DNA from: a virus
Lineage: Duplodnaviria; Caudoviricetes
Virus record (IMG/VR): IMGVR_UViG_3300005611_000164
Location: 1-27,616 of that record
Length of the DNA stretch: 27,616 bases
Direction: 5' to 3' (one strand)
The position numbers and the translations under genes are program-made. This document shows positions 15,637 to 25,422 of the stretch, one piece after another. Under the pieces are notes generated by a model. It did no database searches. It saw only the letters and a program-made list of their open reading frames with translations, and was not told the DNA's origin. The first letter of the stretch is position 1; each line of letters begins with the position of its first letter.

Positions 15637-16634
15637 GCATCTCGTTTAAGTACACCTTCAAGCATTCCCGTCCACTGCTCTGCTCTTAAATCCCAGTTGT
15701 AGAAGTTATCAACATAGTTCTTTTGGTGTACTAATCGCGGTTGAATCTCTTGGATATGATTAATCGTACCATACAAAGTGTTGGCAAAGATTTCAGCATG
15801 ACGTTGATACGACTCGTGGAACGGATACATCATACTATATTGTGTCACCGTTTCTGGTAGAGCGGCATAGTTTGGACATACAATCGCACAACCTGCACTC
15901 ATTGCTTCCAAAGCAGAAATGCATGAAGTCTCCGGCCAAATATTTGGATATGCATAGATATGTGCTTCTTTCAAATGCTCACGAACAACATCGTTTGGTT
16001 GCCACCCATGATATGTCATATTCGGATGATCTTCAATTCTTTGAAATATTTCTTTGTATGGTTCGTCTCGCTGTTCCCACCCATAAATGCCAAATGATGA
16101 GAATACATCTAAGTGAATATCAAGTCCTGTCTGCTGAACCATTTGATCAATAACTGGAATCAAAAGTTCCAACCCACGGTGTGGTGTGGTATGATAGATT
16201 AGTTTGATTGTACCACTGAAATCTTTCTTTTCTGTTAGTTGGATTGGTTCAATGGCATTACCAATCACTAAACCATCGGCATATGGGACATTTAATGCCA
16301 TATTGTATGTTTGTTGTTGATAGTTTGATACAAACACCAACTGATCAAATCGCTCACGACTTTTTGCATCTTTTAAATGCGCTGATTCTGGATCATCCCA
16401 TGTGTCGTGTAACCAAAGAATGTTGTGGCGATCAGGATCAATCTTGCGAACCCGCGAACAAATAATGTGGAAGTTATCTAACAAATCTTTATCGAGTCTT
16501 TCTTTCAATCCACGATACATATTTTCTGTACCACCTTGACTGTTTTGTGCAGTACCATCATCGTTCAGATAGTCAGTATCATCCGAACCGATTTTAAAAG
16601 TATCTTCATCTGTAAATTTTAATTTCGTAGACAT
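15633..16634 (-). CDS. GT-B glycosyltransferase (GT4-like)
   Basis: GGTE, LWLHD, FVSNYQ, P.RGL, YP..WPETSCISALEAMSAG (E-x7-E). Confidence 0.9.
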   Translation of the reverse strand: MSTKLKFTDEDTFKIGSDDTDYLNDDGTAQNSQGGTENMYRGLKERLDKDLLDNFHIICSRVRKIDPDRHNILWLHDTWDDPESAHLKDAKSRERFDQLVFVSNYQQQTYNMALNVPYADGLVIGNAIEPIQLTEKKDFSGTIKLIYHTTPHRGLELLIPVIDQMVQQTGLDIHLDVFSSFGIYGWEQRDEPYKEIFQRIEDHPNMTYHGWQPNDVVREHLKEAHIYAYPNIWPETSCISALEAMSAGCAIVCPNYAALPETVTQYSMMYPFHESYQRHAEIFANTLYGTINHIQEIQPRLVHQKNYVDNFYNWDLRAEQWTGMLEGVLKRDA

Positions 16635-16644
16635 CGTATAACCT

Positions 16645-17274
16645 TTATGTAAAACTATTTGTCCAATCTTCGGTATTCATTTCGCTATAATCTTGTTCTA
16701 AAGATTTATACTCTAAATCTAATATTCTCACATTACCAGAAACTACAACTCTTTCGCCTTGAGATGGTAAAACTTGGTGATTTATAAAACTTCTAAAAAA
16801 TAAAATGTCACCATCAGTCACATTTAAATCTATAAGTTCTTTACTTAAACCATCTTGAATCATAAAACCAGGACCATCATCAGGAACTTTCACATAATAG
16901 CAGTAAGACCACCCCAAAGTTTCTCCATGACTGTGTAAGTTAGCACCAGAACAGTCTTGATATTCAGCAATCCATGCATCGTGATGATACCAATCAAACT
17001 CTGGCGAAAGTTGTTTGGAAATACTCGTCACAAACTGGTTCAATGGTGACATTAACTTATGATATCTAGTCTGAACGTCCCAAGGTGTTCTCCATGCATG
17101 GGTTAAGTTATCATACCCCAAAAATGACAATCCTTTGTCTTTTTTTTCTTTAACAAAATCTAAAACTTCTTGTCTGAATCCAGAAAGACCATATGGATGA
17201 AATTGATATGTGGTAAACTCATGTTGAGTTTTAATCGTGGTTGGAGTTCCTGACTTTATGTTATAGTCTGTCAT
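16645..17274 (-). CDS. putative 2OG-Fe(II) oxygenase (HxH type)
   Basis: W...Y...HSH...WSYCYYVKVP...GDILFF.S...HQV...ERVVVSGN. Confidence 0.8.
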   Translation of the reverse strand: MTDYNIKSGTPTTIKTQHEFTTYQFHPYGLSGFRQEVLDFVKEKKDKGLSFLGYDNLTHAWRTPWDVQTRYHKLMSPLNQFVTSISKQLSPEFDWYHHDAWIAEYQDCSGANLHSHGETLGWSYCYYVKVPDDGPGFMIQDGLSKELIDLNVTDGDILFFRSFINHQVLPSQGERVVVSGNVRILDLEYKSLEQDYSEMNTEDWTNSFT

Positions 17275-18185
17275 TTTAATCTCCCAAATCCGCGTCCTGT
17301 CTGCGAATCATAACACCACTCATACCATCCATTTATGAAACTGCGATAGAGTTCCATATCTGGTTCTTGATTTACTACATGTTCGTATAAGCAACGTCCA
17401 TATGTGCGAACCTTTTTACCGAACAAGATCGCCTCGTAACCTGTGCCTGAGTTGATGACATGCACTTCACTCGCATCTTCCATCAGTGGGTGCAAATGCA
17501 TTCTGTCTACCCAAGTCGCGTGTTCGTGTCTGACTGTTTCTTTAAGTAACTCAGTCATTGATCTAGGATTAACGGGATGCCCTTTGACGATGATTCGCTT
17601 ACCTTGTTCCTTAGCATACTTGATCGACTCACGCAACCCATCAATCACTTCTACATCAGAATGATACTTGATTGTCTCATCATGTGGTAACTGACAAACA
17701 AACAGAATGTAACCTGGTTCAAATGGGTTCTTATCTTTCTGCGGTTGTAGGTGTTCAAACTTTGTCCCACCATTTGTGATGTGATTTTTTAAATCGTCAA
17801 AGTGTGTTTGTGTAGGATCACCCATCGGAAAGTTCTTCCACACAGACGCACCACCTTCCCAACCAACAGGATCAATACCAAACAACCACGGAAATACCGT
17901 TTGCATGTAGTATCGAGTCTCACCCACACTTACTGGAAAGTTATTCTGTTGCTTATGTGGAATGAACGTGACATCAGGATCATAGTGTCCAATCAACTCT
18001 GGCGTAAACTGAAACAGTGGTTTCTCAAGAATCAGTGCATCTGGATAAACTTTAGACAACTGTCCAACAAAGTCTGCCCAATATGCTTTGACTTTATCAG
18101 TTGGGGGTCCGATCTTATCTGGAATCGGTTGTCCAAAATCTTTAAAGGTCATATCGACCCGTGGTTTACAAATCAATACTTTCAT
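17271..18185 (-). CDS. KpsS/KpsC-like (Capsule_synth) glycosyltransferase
   Basis: FVCQLPHD (QxxxD), VKGHP (HP) and VINSGTGYEAILFGKKV..YG. Confidence 0.75.
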   Translation of the reverse strand: MKVLICKPRVDMTFKDFGQPIPDKIGPPTDKVKAYWADFVGQLSKVYPDALILEKPLFQFTPELIGHYDPDVTFIPHKQQNNFPVSVGETRYYMQTVFPWLFGIDPVGWEGGASVWKNFPMGDPTQTHFDDLKNHITNGGTKFEHLQPQKDKNPFEPGYILFVCQLPHDETIKYHSDVEVIDGLRESIKYAKEQGKRIIVKGHPVNPRSMTELLKETVRHEHATWVDRMHLHPLMEDASEVHVINSGTGYEAILFGKKVRTYGRCLYEHVVNQEPDMELYRSFINGWYEWCYDSQTGRGFGRLK

Positions 18186-18982
18186 TACTGACCTTCAGTT
18201 ACATCAAATCCATTGGAAGCACGATAGTTCGATTGAGACTCTTTCTCATACTCAACGAAATCATTTAGATCATAGTAGTCTTGGGGTGTCATTCCCGCTA
18301 CGATTGCCTCATTGTAAAACTGGTCAAATAATTTGACCACATCGTCCCTACGGTGTGTACGAACCTCACCATCATACCAGTGCTCGTGTCCCTCTTCTTC
18401 AATGCGAGGCATCGCATACTTGAAATGTGGTTGAGTTGACATATCAGTATAATGCAAAATCTTGATATTGTCAAGTTCGTCATTCTCACCATCAAAGTTA
18501 TTCCACTGGCGATCAAACTCCTGCTCTAAGTGTGGGTGCTGTGGAATGCCGTGTGCCAACTGCTGATGGGCATATGGTTCTTTCTTGATGTCTTCCACTG
18601 AGGGTAGCACTTCCTTTGCACGTTCGCAGTTCCATTTTGACACACAGAATCGCCAACCACCTTTGCCCATAATGACAGCAGTGTCATTCCACTCTTCGTT
18701 CCATAGTTCCGCAAGATCACCTTGGATGATCATATCGGAGTCCATGTAGATTGCTTGCCCTTCAAAGTTGCAATACTCAGGGATACCCCAACGGAAACCA
18801 CTGAATGGTGTTGCCCAAGTCTTGCTGTTCCACCCATGCCAATAATCATCTGGATCGTTGCTGTGCTTCATCCACACAATGTCGATGTCTTCACTACAGT
18901 GCTTTCGTGCTGTATATTCAAGCACCATTTGTGATTCGGCATCACAACCGTTAGGATCACACCCAACAAATAGTTTAATCAT
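18185..18982 (-). CDS. GT-A glycosyltransferase (GT8/CDI-like)
   Basis: LFVGCD...TPFSGFRW.IP...FEGQAIYMDSDM...D+AELW...WN..D...KILHYT. Confidence 0.85.
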   Translation of the reverse strand: MIKLFVGCDPNGCDAESQMVLEYTARKHCSEDIDIVWMKHSNDPDDYWHGWNSKTWATPFSGFRWGIPEYCNFEGQAIYMDSDMIIQGDLAELWNEEWNDTAVIMGKGGWRFCVSKWNCERAKEVLPSVEDIKKEPYAHQQLAHGIPQHPHLEQEFDRQWNNFDGENDELDNIKILHYTDMSTQPHFKYAMPRIEEEGHEHWYDGEVRTHRRDDVVKLFDQFYNEAIVAGMTPQDYYDLNDFVEYEKESQSNYRASNGFDVTEGQ

Positions 18983-20004
18983 AGTTTACTCCAAAAATCT
19001 TCATCATCACGAGGGACATTCAATGCCTGGGCAGATGGATATGGGTTAGTTGTTGAAATATCGTTGACGATAACACGAGGGGAATGTGGTAGATTGTAAA
19101 TAACGTTCGGGTCAAACCCAAGTTCCTTTAACTTTCTTTCAGTCACATCACTGACATCATCGCTACGAGACGTTACGAAAATGATTGTTGCACCTTCTTC
19201 CTGTCGATCTAACATATAGTTGACTGCCGAAAGGATTGGTTCTGGTTCATTTTCCCAACTGTTCTCAAAATATTTAGACTGATTGTAGAAAAGTGTGCCA
19301 TCTAAGTCACAGAAGATTGTCTGTCTCTTTTGACTGTAATCAAGGAACTCTTTGATTGTGCCAACGTCTACATACTTCTGCACCTCTTGTGCATCAAATC
19401 GTTCAGTCGCAAGCAACCAACGGACGATGTGACTGACAAAGACTTCCTCATCCTCAACCATCAGGTTTTGCATTGCCTTGTTGAAATCGCCCGCACGTTC
19501 AAATCCATAACCACCAACGCAGATATAGTTGCTGACCACTGACTTCTCAACGATATTGTGGATTAGTCCTTGGTTGTTCATCGTGACAAAACTTTTCGCT
19601 GCTACCTTTGACACATCAAGATTCTCTCGCAGATCGGCAACACAGATGTGATTATCCCTACGCCAAGGTGCATAGAAAAAACTGTCGCAGTCTTTGATAA
19701 AAATAGGTTCATCGTCTGGTAGATTCTTGGTCACTTGATAGACTGTCTCAGCGGGACCTTGCGTCTCTTCTTCTAAGATGTGAACCTTGATGCGGAGATT
19801 AAATGCCTTATTCAACGCATTTGATGCGGAGTATAACTCATCGTGCTCTTTGAGGATAACGATGTGTATTTCCTCAAAATACATCTCATACTGCTCCAGT
19901 GCATGTTCGACCATTAAACGACCATCTGGCATTGTCAGCAGATACTTTGGACGAGTGCCTGGAAATCTGGAACTCTTGCCCGCACACGGAACGATTATCG
20001 CCAT
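18979..20004 (-). CDS. sugar-phosphate nucleotidyltransferase fused to a C-terminal HAD phosphatase-like domain
   Basis: P.AGKSSRF....PKYL; TQGPAET; KDCD; DVGT; then FCDLDGT...VTSR...ND. Confidence 0.85.
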   Translation of the reverse strand: MAIIVPCAGKSSRFPGTRPKYLLTMPDGRLMVEHALEQYEMYFEEIHIVILKEHDELYSASNALNKAFNLRIKVHILEEETQGPAETVYQVTKNLPDDEPIFIKDCDSFFYAPWRRDNHICVADLRENLDVSKVAAKSFVTMNNQGLIHNIVEKSVVSNYICVGGYGFERAGDFNKAMQNLMVEDEEVFVSHIVRWLLATERFDAQEVQKYVDVGTIKEFLDYSQKRQTIFCDLDGTLFYNQSKYFENSWENEPEPILSAVNYMLDRQEEGATIIFVTSRSDDVSDVTERKLKELGFDPNVIYNLPHSPRVIVNDISTTNPYPSAQALNVPRDDEDFWSKL

Positions 20005-20705
20005 TTACTAATCTCCTTGTAGAGAAACTCTCTGTCCTCAATCTTATTTGAATACGGCAATATTCTTGATAGCATGAATATCAATAGATCATTGTTTCGC
20101 ATAAACGGAAACCTTTTCTTTAGGGTTGCACTGATTCTACGACAGGCAATCTTGATCTCCAATCGTTTCTTTCTCTCCCTGACAAACCACAGACAGTCTA
20201 AGTCCTGTCTCAACTTGTTGGCATCAAAATGGATGCTGTTAAGATTTGTTGGGTTTGCATCAATCAGGTAGAAGTCGCCATTGTAACACAAAATGTTATC
20301 TAATGTCAAGTCACCGTGGATCAGACTCTTCGGCATCACTGTATCATGTATGAGTCCTTGAAGGTCTATATGACTCATTAATGAATCAACCTTCTCATCA
20401 ATCTCAGATTTGAAGTTACTTAGAATAGACTCGCGCTCACACCATGCGATGTAATCAGACAAAAACTGTATCAGTGGTTCAACGTCTTCGGTTTCAAGAT
20501 AGGTTGCCATGTCCAAACCATTGATGTATTCCATCGTCATGCTGCTGTCGCTGACTTCAAGAATCTTCGGTGTGGAAAATGGGAGTTTGTTTAAGATGTC
20601 AGCACTTTCCCTTGCTTTAGGGTAGTTACCTTTGACAACTGTGTTATTACTGTATAGATTTACAGTAGCACCACTATGCCCTTTCAGTTCCTTCACTAAG
20701 TGCAT
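19995..20705 (-). CDS. APH/choline-kinase-like phosphotransferase
   Basis: GHSGA loop, MEYI.G, HGDLTLDNI, LID, D..KLRQD. Confidence 0.85.
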   Translation of the reverse strand: MHLVKELKGHSGATVNLYSNNTVVKGNYPKARESADILNKLPFSTPKILEVSDSSMTMEYINGLDMATYLETEDVEPLIQFLSDYIAWCERESILSNFKSEIDEKVDSLMSHIDLQGLIHDTVMPKSLIHGDLTLDNILCYNGDFYLIDANPTNLNSIHFDANKLRQDLDCLWFVRERKKRLEIKIACRRISATLKKRFPFMRNNDLLIFMLSRILPYSNKIEDREFLYKEISKWR

Positions 20706-21768
20706 GTTCGACTGTATGCCTCAATAAATCGATGTCTACAATCAGACCTCGATTCTTCATTTTGATTCCACCCGCTTTTGAACGGTCATTATCTTTGTCG
20801 CTTGTTCGTGCAGGAATAGTTGTCCACTCTACACCAACTGACGCACCGATATTGTTCCAACCACATTCTTCTTTTATCTCAAACACATGGTTGAAGTCAA
20901 TAACTTTTGTGCCCGGTTGCATCGCATGACAGTGTGTTAGGTTTGCTCCAGTAGATGACACCACAACTTTCGATGACGCAAACAGATTTACCTTATCTTG
21001 CAATGACAGTTTCGACAACTCTTCTATAACAGTGAAACCGTAAGATGTCAACAGTTCTTTGACATCATCTTCATTCTCAACGCATCGTGCTACAGCATCG
21101 CCCCGTCCGATATATGTTAACTGTGATGGTTTCCAATCATAAGTTGGTTTGATTGTGTCTCTTAGAAAGTGACCGACCCACTCTGCTGACTTACCGCGCA
21201 TTGAGATTGCGGGATAAGTGAAGCAGTGATACTCTGGTGCTATCACAGTGCACGGAGTCTCAACCGTATAAATCCTTTCCAACAAATCAGGGGCAAACTG
21301 CAATGACTCAATCTGCCAATCATGTAGTACATTGGTTAGAATCGGATAGTCGTTCTCTCTAAAGAACTTGAGTAAGGGAAAGTCTTCACAGAACCAGTGC
21401 CAATACAATCCAAGGTTGAACCACAGATTGACAGGTTCTTCAAACTCGACTTGGGGTTTGTCGTCTAAGTCCAGTGTGAACCCGTGATCAAACGAATCCC
21501 AAAACTCACTGTGAGTGACAGCACGTTGATTGAACTTTGAGAATCCTTCAGAATAGTATTTGCCATCTTTGGCAACACCCCACATTGCTTGTTGATCAGA
21601 ACCAGATATGGCAATGCCATCATCAAAAATATATTCAATGACAGGGACTTCTTCGTATGCAAAATCAATCGCATGATCGAGATGGTCTTTTATTTGGTAT
21701 GATCTTTGGCGGGGTAGGGTATGACGAATACAGGTAACATCCTTATTGGATGATCTTCTCACTCTCAT
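20674..21768 (-). CDS. GT61 (DUF563) glycosyltransferase
   Basis: YWHW..E, YI.R....RC+ENE.+V...L...GF, LSLQD.V.LF.....VVS..GANLT. Confidence 0.85.
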   Translation of the reverse strand: MRVRRSSNKDVTCIRHTLPRQRSYQIKDHLDHAIDFAYEEVPVIEYIFDDGIAISGSDQQAMWGVAKDGKYYSEGFSKFNQRAVTHSEFWDSFDHGFTLDLDDKPQVEFEEPVNLWFNLGLYWHWFCEDFPLLKFFRENDYPILTNVLHDWQIESLQFAPDLLERIYTVETPCTVIAPEYHCFTYPAISMRGKSAEWVGHFLRDTIKPTYDWKPSQLTYIGRGDAVARCVENEDDVKELLTSYGFTVIEELSKLSLQDKVNLFASSKVVVSSTGANLTHCHAMQPGTKVIDFNHVFEIKEECGWNNIGASVGVEWTTIPARTSDKDNDRSKAGGIKMKNRGLIVDIDLLRHTVEHALSEGTERA

Positions 21769-22190
21769 TTTAAAACATGCTTCCTATGAATCTTAGCACC
21801 AACAAATGCATTATAATATTCTTCAGGTTTGAACAGCACATCGTTCACCACCTGCTCCTTCAACTCATAATAACTCATTTCACCCTTACTGACACATATG
21901 TGTATTATTTCTCTCTTAAAGTTATCACATCCTTGTGATTCTACGAGAGTCTTGACTTCTTCAGATGAACCGTAATAGTCCTTCCAATCCGATTCGGTTT
22001 TCTTCTTTCGCTTTCGCTTCTGACCCTTGAGTGGGGGTAGAGTTCGTATTGACCAAAAGTTCTTCTTGCCAATATATTTCATACCAGTGGTGAGGTTTGT
22101 GATCAAATACACAAACCCCACCGCATCATCTATCTGCTCGCTAAGAAATGGTTTTCCATCGTATAACCACGGATTGTCGTAATCTATCAC
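21765..22190 (-). CDS. single-domain GIY-YIG nuclease-family protein
   Basis: GFVYLITN...KYIGKK; YYGSS; FKREI; E; YYN. Confidence 0.8.
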   Translation of the reverse strand: MIDYDNPWLYDGKPFLSEQIDDAVGFVYLITNLTTGMKYIGKKNFWSIRTLPPLKGQKRKRKKKTESDWKDYYGSSEEVKTLVESQGCDNFKREIIHICVSKGEMSYYELKEQVVNDVLFKPEEYYNAFVGAKIHRKHVLK

Positions 22191-22399
22191 TCTTCGTCTT
22201 CATCTAAGTCCAGTTCTTCCTCATCTATGTATTCATCTTCGATAGGTTCTTCCAAAAGTTCGTCTTCTGGTAGATCAGTTCCACAGAACGGACAGTAGAT
22301 AGGCGACTCAAACTCTTCTTCATTGTAAGACAGTTCGTATTCTGAACCACAGTCATCACAAATGATTTCTAGTATTGTATCGTCTAACTCTCTACTCAT
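22187..22399 (-). CDS. small Zn-ribbon protein with acidic tail
   Basis: CDDC...YCPFCG; ATGA overlap with the nrdB stop. Confidence 0.75.
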   Translation of the reverse strand: MSRELDDTILEIICDDCGSEYELSYNEEEFESPIYCPFCGTDLPEDELLEEPIEDEYIDEEELDLDEDEE

Positions 22400-23637
22400 G
22401 CAGCGTATGCCTCTTCCCATGTTCCTGAGAGTCCTGCTACCTCATATTCAGTAACACGGTTTTCAAAGAAGTTGGTATGGTCTGCACCATTCAATACCCA
22501 CTCCAACCAAGGCAACGGATTCTCTTTGACTTTAAAGTTTGTCTTGAGACCAAGTTGTAGCAATCTACGATCAGCAATGTAACGAATATATTCCTTGACC
22601 TCTTCTTTACTTAGTCCTTCAATATCACCCATTTCGTATGCAAGGTCAATGAACTTGTCTTCCAGTTCGACTGCCTTACGGGACATCTCATAGATTTCTG
22701 CTTTGAAGTCTTGATCAACAATACGTCCATGCTCTGCACAGAATGAACGGAACAACTTAGAGTTTCCTTCCACATGCATTGACTCATCGCGAATCGACCA
22801 CTCGACAACCTTACCCATACCCTTCATCTTACCAAAGCGTTGGAAGTTCAGAAGCATCACGAAAGATGCGAACAGTGCGACACCTTCGTTGAATACAGAC
22901 TTAGCAAGTGCTAATCCTAGTCCACGTTGTGTCGATGGATCGGACTTCATAATGAAGTCGATCTTGTCAACCATTTCTGTATACTCAAGAAACTTATGAT
23001 ACTCAGAATCAGGAAGACCCAAGGTATCGTTAAGAAGAGCATAAGCACGTTGATGGATGCCTTCTCTTGCCGCAAAAGACCCAAGCATATTACGGACTTC
23101 ATTGTTCTTGAACTTTGGAATGAACTGGTCATAGTAGTTTTGTCCTACAGCAACATCCGACTGAGTGAACAGACGGAGAATGTTTGTGATATAATCTTTC
23201 TCCACTGCTGTAATCTTGCCACCCTTCCAATCGGTGACATCTTCACTCAAATCGATTTCGTCTTCAATCCAGTGTGCCTTTTCGTGGCGAGTCGTAATCT
23301 CAACTGCCCAAGGATAGTGGAATGGTTTGTATGTGGTTGAGAACTCTTCAAGTCCACCAGATACTTTCTTCAGCAGTTTGTCTGCCTTGTCAATCAACTG
23401 ATCATAACCACCGATATGCTTACCATCAACAAAAATCTGAGGGACAGAGTTAACGGGACGAGACTCTGACCCTTTCGTAATCTGCTCCTGCACACCATTC
23501 AACCTTTGATAAAACGCGAGTCGTTGCTCTTCATCATCCAAAACATTTTCTGTATACGAAATACCATGCGAGTTGAACCACTCCTTTGCTCTGACACAGA
23601 ACGGACAGTTGGACTTTGAATATACGACTACTTCCAT
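22396..23637 (-). CDS. nrdB: glutaredoxin-fused class I ribonucleotide reductase beta subunit
   Basis: N-terminal CPFC...VPQIF...IGG (Grx), then KPFHYPWA, D, EGIH..AY, EG..LF.SF, RDESMH, NFFENRVTEY. Confidence 0.95.
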   Translation of the reverse strand: MEVVVYSKSNCPFCVRAKEWFNSHGISYTENVLDDEEQRLAFYQRLNGVQEQITKGSESRPVNSVPQIFVDGKHIGGYDQLIDKADKLLKKVSGGLEEFSTTYKPFHYPWAVEITTRHEKAHWIEDEIDLSEDVTDWKGGKITAVEKDYITNILRLFTQSDVAVGQNYYDQFIPKFKNNEVRNMLGSFAAREGIHQRAYALLNDTLGLPDSEYHKFLEYTEMVDKIDFIMKSDPSTQRGLGLALAKSVFNEGVALFASFVMLLNFQRFGKMKGMGKVVEWSIRDESMHVEGNSKLFRSFCAEHGRIVDQDFKAEIYEMSRKAVELEDKFIDLAYEMGDIEGLSKEEVKEYIRYIADRRLLQLGLKTNFKVKENPLPWLEWVLNGADHTNFFENRVTEYEVAGLSGTWEEAYAA

Positions 23638-23642
23638 TTGAC

Positions 23643-25412
23643 TTACCCCTGACATGCGACACACTCTTCTTGTGATTGTTGTTGTGCTTGTTCACCGAAC
23701 TCTACGAGTCGGTCTCTCTCGATTTTCTGTGCTACGTTTTCAGCACGGTTTGATGTTTCTGTTCTCAGATAATACATTCCCTTTGTGCCATACTTCCATG
23801 CATTGTAATGCACTTTATGTAAGTATGCTTTTGATGCACCCGCAGGGAAAAACACATTGAGACTCTGACCTTGGCATAGATACTTTTGGCGTGAACCCCC
23901 TAAGTAAACTACCCAATCCTGATTTATTTCAATAGCGGTTTTAAATACTGCCTTCAGATGATCATTGAGAAAATCTAAATGCTGAACCGAACCACCATTG
24001 GTGATAATAGAAGACCACACCTCATCAGTATTCTTACCAATCATTTGCAGTTCTTGCTCAAGATACTTGTTCTTGTTCAAATGCGAACCCGCACGAGTTC
24101 TTGATGTAAATGCATTTGCCTTCCACGGTTCGATTGATGGTGAAGTATTACCAATCAGTGATGAGTTTGCATTAGGTGCGATAGCGAGTAGGTGAGCGTT
24201 ACGTCTGCCCGTGCCTTCCATGTCGGGTGCTTCACCTCTCTCCTCGCCCATTTGCAAGGACTCTGCGACTGCTTCATCTTGGATGTGTTTGAAGATTGAT
24301 TCATTAACTTCCTTTGCTTCTTCCGATTCAAATGCGACACGGTGCTTCTGTAGATAGGAATGGAAACCCATTGCCCCAAGTCCTAGACTTCTTTCTTGAC
24401 TTGCACTGTAACGTGCCCGTGAGATTTCGTCTCCGGCATTGTCAATGAAAAACTGCAAGACGTTATCAAGAAAACGGATGACATCACGAACAATAGTGGT
24501 ATCCTTCCACTCATCGAAACTCTCCAGATTGAGTGAGGACAGACAGCAAACGGCAGAGCGATCCTCAGATGTTGGTAAATGAATCTCATTGCAAAGATTA
24601 GAACCGCGAATCTTCAATCCCTTTTTCTGCATCGTTTCTGGCAGTGCACGATTTGCTGTGTCAATAAAGTTGAGATAAGGTTCGCCAGTGCGGAAACGAG
24701 TCTCTAACAGACTTTCCCACAAGTATCTTGCCTTAACTGTATCGCGGACACTTCTGTCGTTTGGATCAAGCAAATCCCAATCTTCATTATTCTTGACTGC
24801 TTCCATAAATGCATCGCTGATGTTGACTGCGTGGTGTAGATTCAAACACTTACGGTTAACATCACCAGTAGGAACACGCATATTCATGAACTCTACAATA
24901 TCTGGATGGTCAACATCAATGTAAGCAGCATACGACCCTTTGCGGGTTCTACCTTGCCTATACGCCACCATATCAGCATCAACTGTGTGTAGGAATGGCA
25001 TTGGACCTGGTGCTTTGTCAGAGACAGCACGAACGTCAGACCAGTGACCACCAACACCACCACCCTTCACAGACAACCAACGGAGTTCTGCTGAGTGATC
25101 AATCAAACCCTCTAGTGAGTCTGGGACATATGTCAGGAAGCACGAAATAGGAAGTGCTCTTGCTTTCTCTCCAGGCAATGGTGCGTTTGACAGAACAGGT
25201 GATGAAAACATAAACCACCCCTTCGATACACCCTCATAGATGCGTTGTGCCAATGCCATATCGTCATAGCAATATGCGACAGCAGCACGAGCAAATGCGT
25301 GTTGTGGTGTTTCTTCGTTAATGCAGTAGTAATCTTTGAGTAGTTTGTATCCTTGTTCGGATAGAATAGAGTCGCGGGACGGATCAATCTTGATCCCAAG
25401 ATACTTGGTCAT
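23643..25412 (-). CDS. nrdA: class I ribonucleotide reductase alpha subunit (short, no obvious ATP cone)
   Basis: SSPVL, PISCF, SNLCNEI, VCCLSS, AIAPNANSS, MYYLR and C-terminal CVACQG. Confidence 0.97.
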   Translation of the reverse strand: MTKYLGIKIDPSRDSILSEQGYKLLKDYYCINEETPQHAFARAAVAYCYDDMALAQRIYEGVSKGWFMFSSPVLSNAPLPGEKARALPISCFLTYVPDSLEGLIDHSAELRWLSVKGGGVGGHWSDVRAVSDKAPGPMPFLHTVDADMVAYRQGRTRKGSYAAYIDVDHPDIVEFMNMRVPTGDVNRKCLNLHHAVNISDAFMEAVKNNEDWDLLDPNDRSVRDTVKARYLWESLLETRFRTGEPYLNFIDTANRALPETMQKKGLKIRGSNLCNEIHLPTSEDRSAVCCLSSLNLESFDEWKDTTIVRDVIRFLDNVLQFFIDNAGDEISRARYSASQERSLGLGAMGFHSYLQKHRVAFESEEAKEVNESIFKHIQDEAVAESLQMGEERGEAPDMEGTGRRNAHLLAIAPNANSSLIGNTSPSIEPWKANAFTSRTRAGSHLNKNKYLEQELQMIGKNTDEVWSSIITNGGSVQHLDFLNDHLKAVFKTAIEINQDWVVYLGGSRQKYLCQGQSLNVFFPAGASKAYLHKVHYNAWKYGTKGMYYLRTETSNRAENVAQKIERDRLVEFGEQAQQQSQEECVACQG

Positions 25413-25422
25413 TTATTATCCT

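Noticed and set aside
11846-17274. The two 2OG-Fe(II) oxygenases (11846-12454, 16645-17274) as TET/JBP DNA hydroxylases
   Set aside because: Motif spacing resembles the common P4H-like and HxH phage oxygenases; I see no TET/JBP-specific features.
18321-18339. 9-bp inverted repeat TGGTCAAAT-A-ATTTGACCA
   Set aside because: Single occurrence inside a coding region with no promoter context; probably chance.
21765-22190. GIY-YIG gene as a mobile homing endonuclease or intron ORF
   Set aside because: Catalytic domain only, no DNA-binding tail, translationally coupled on both sides, and the neighbouring genes are uninterrupted.
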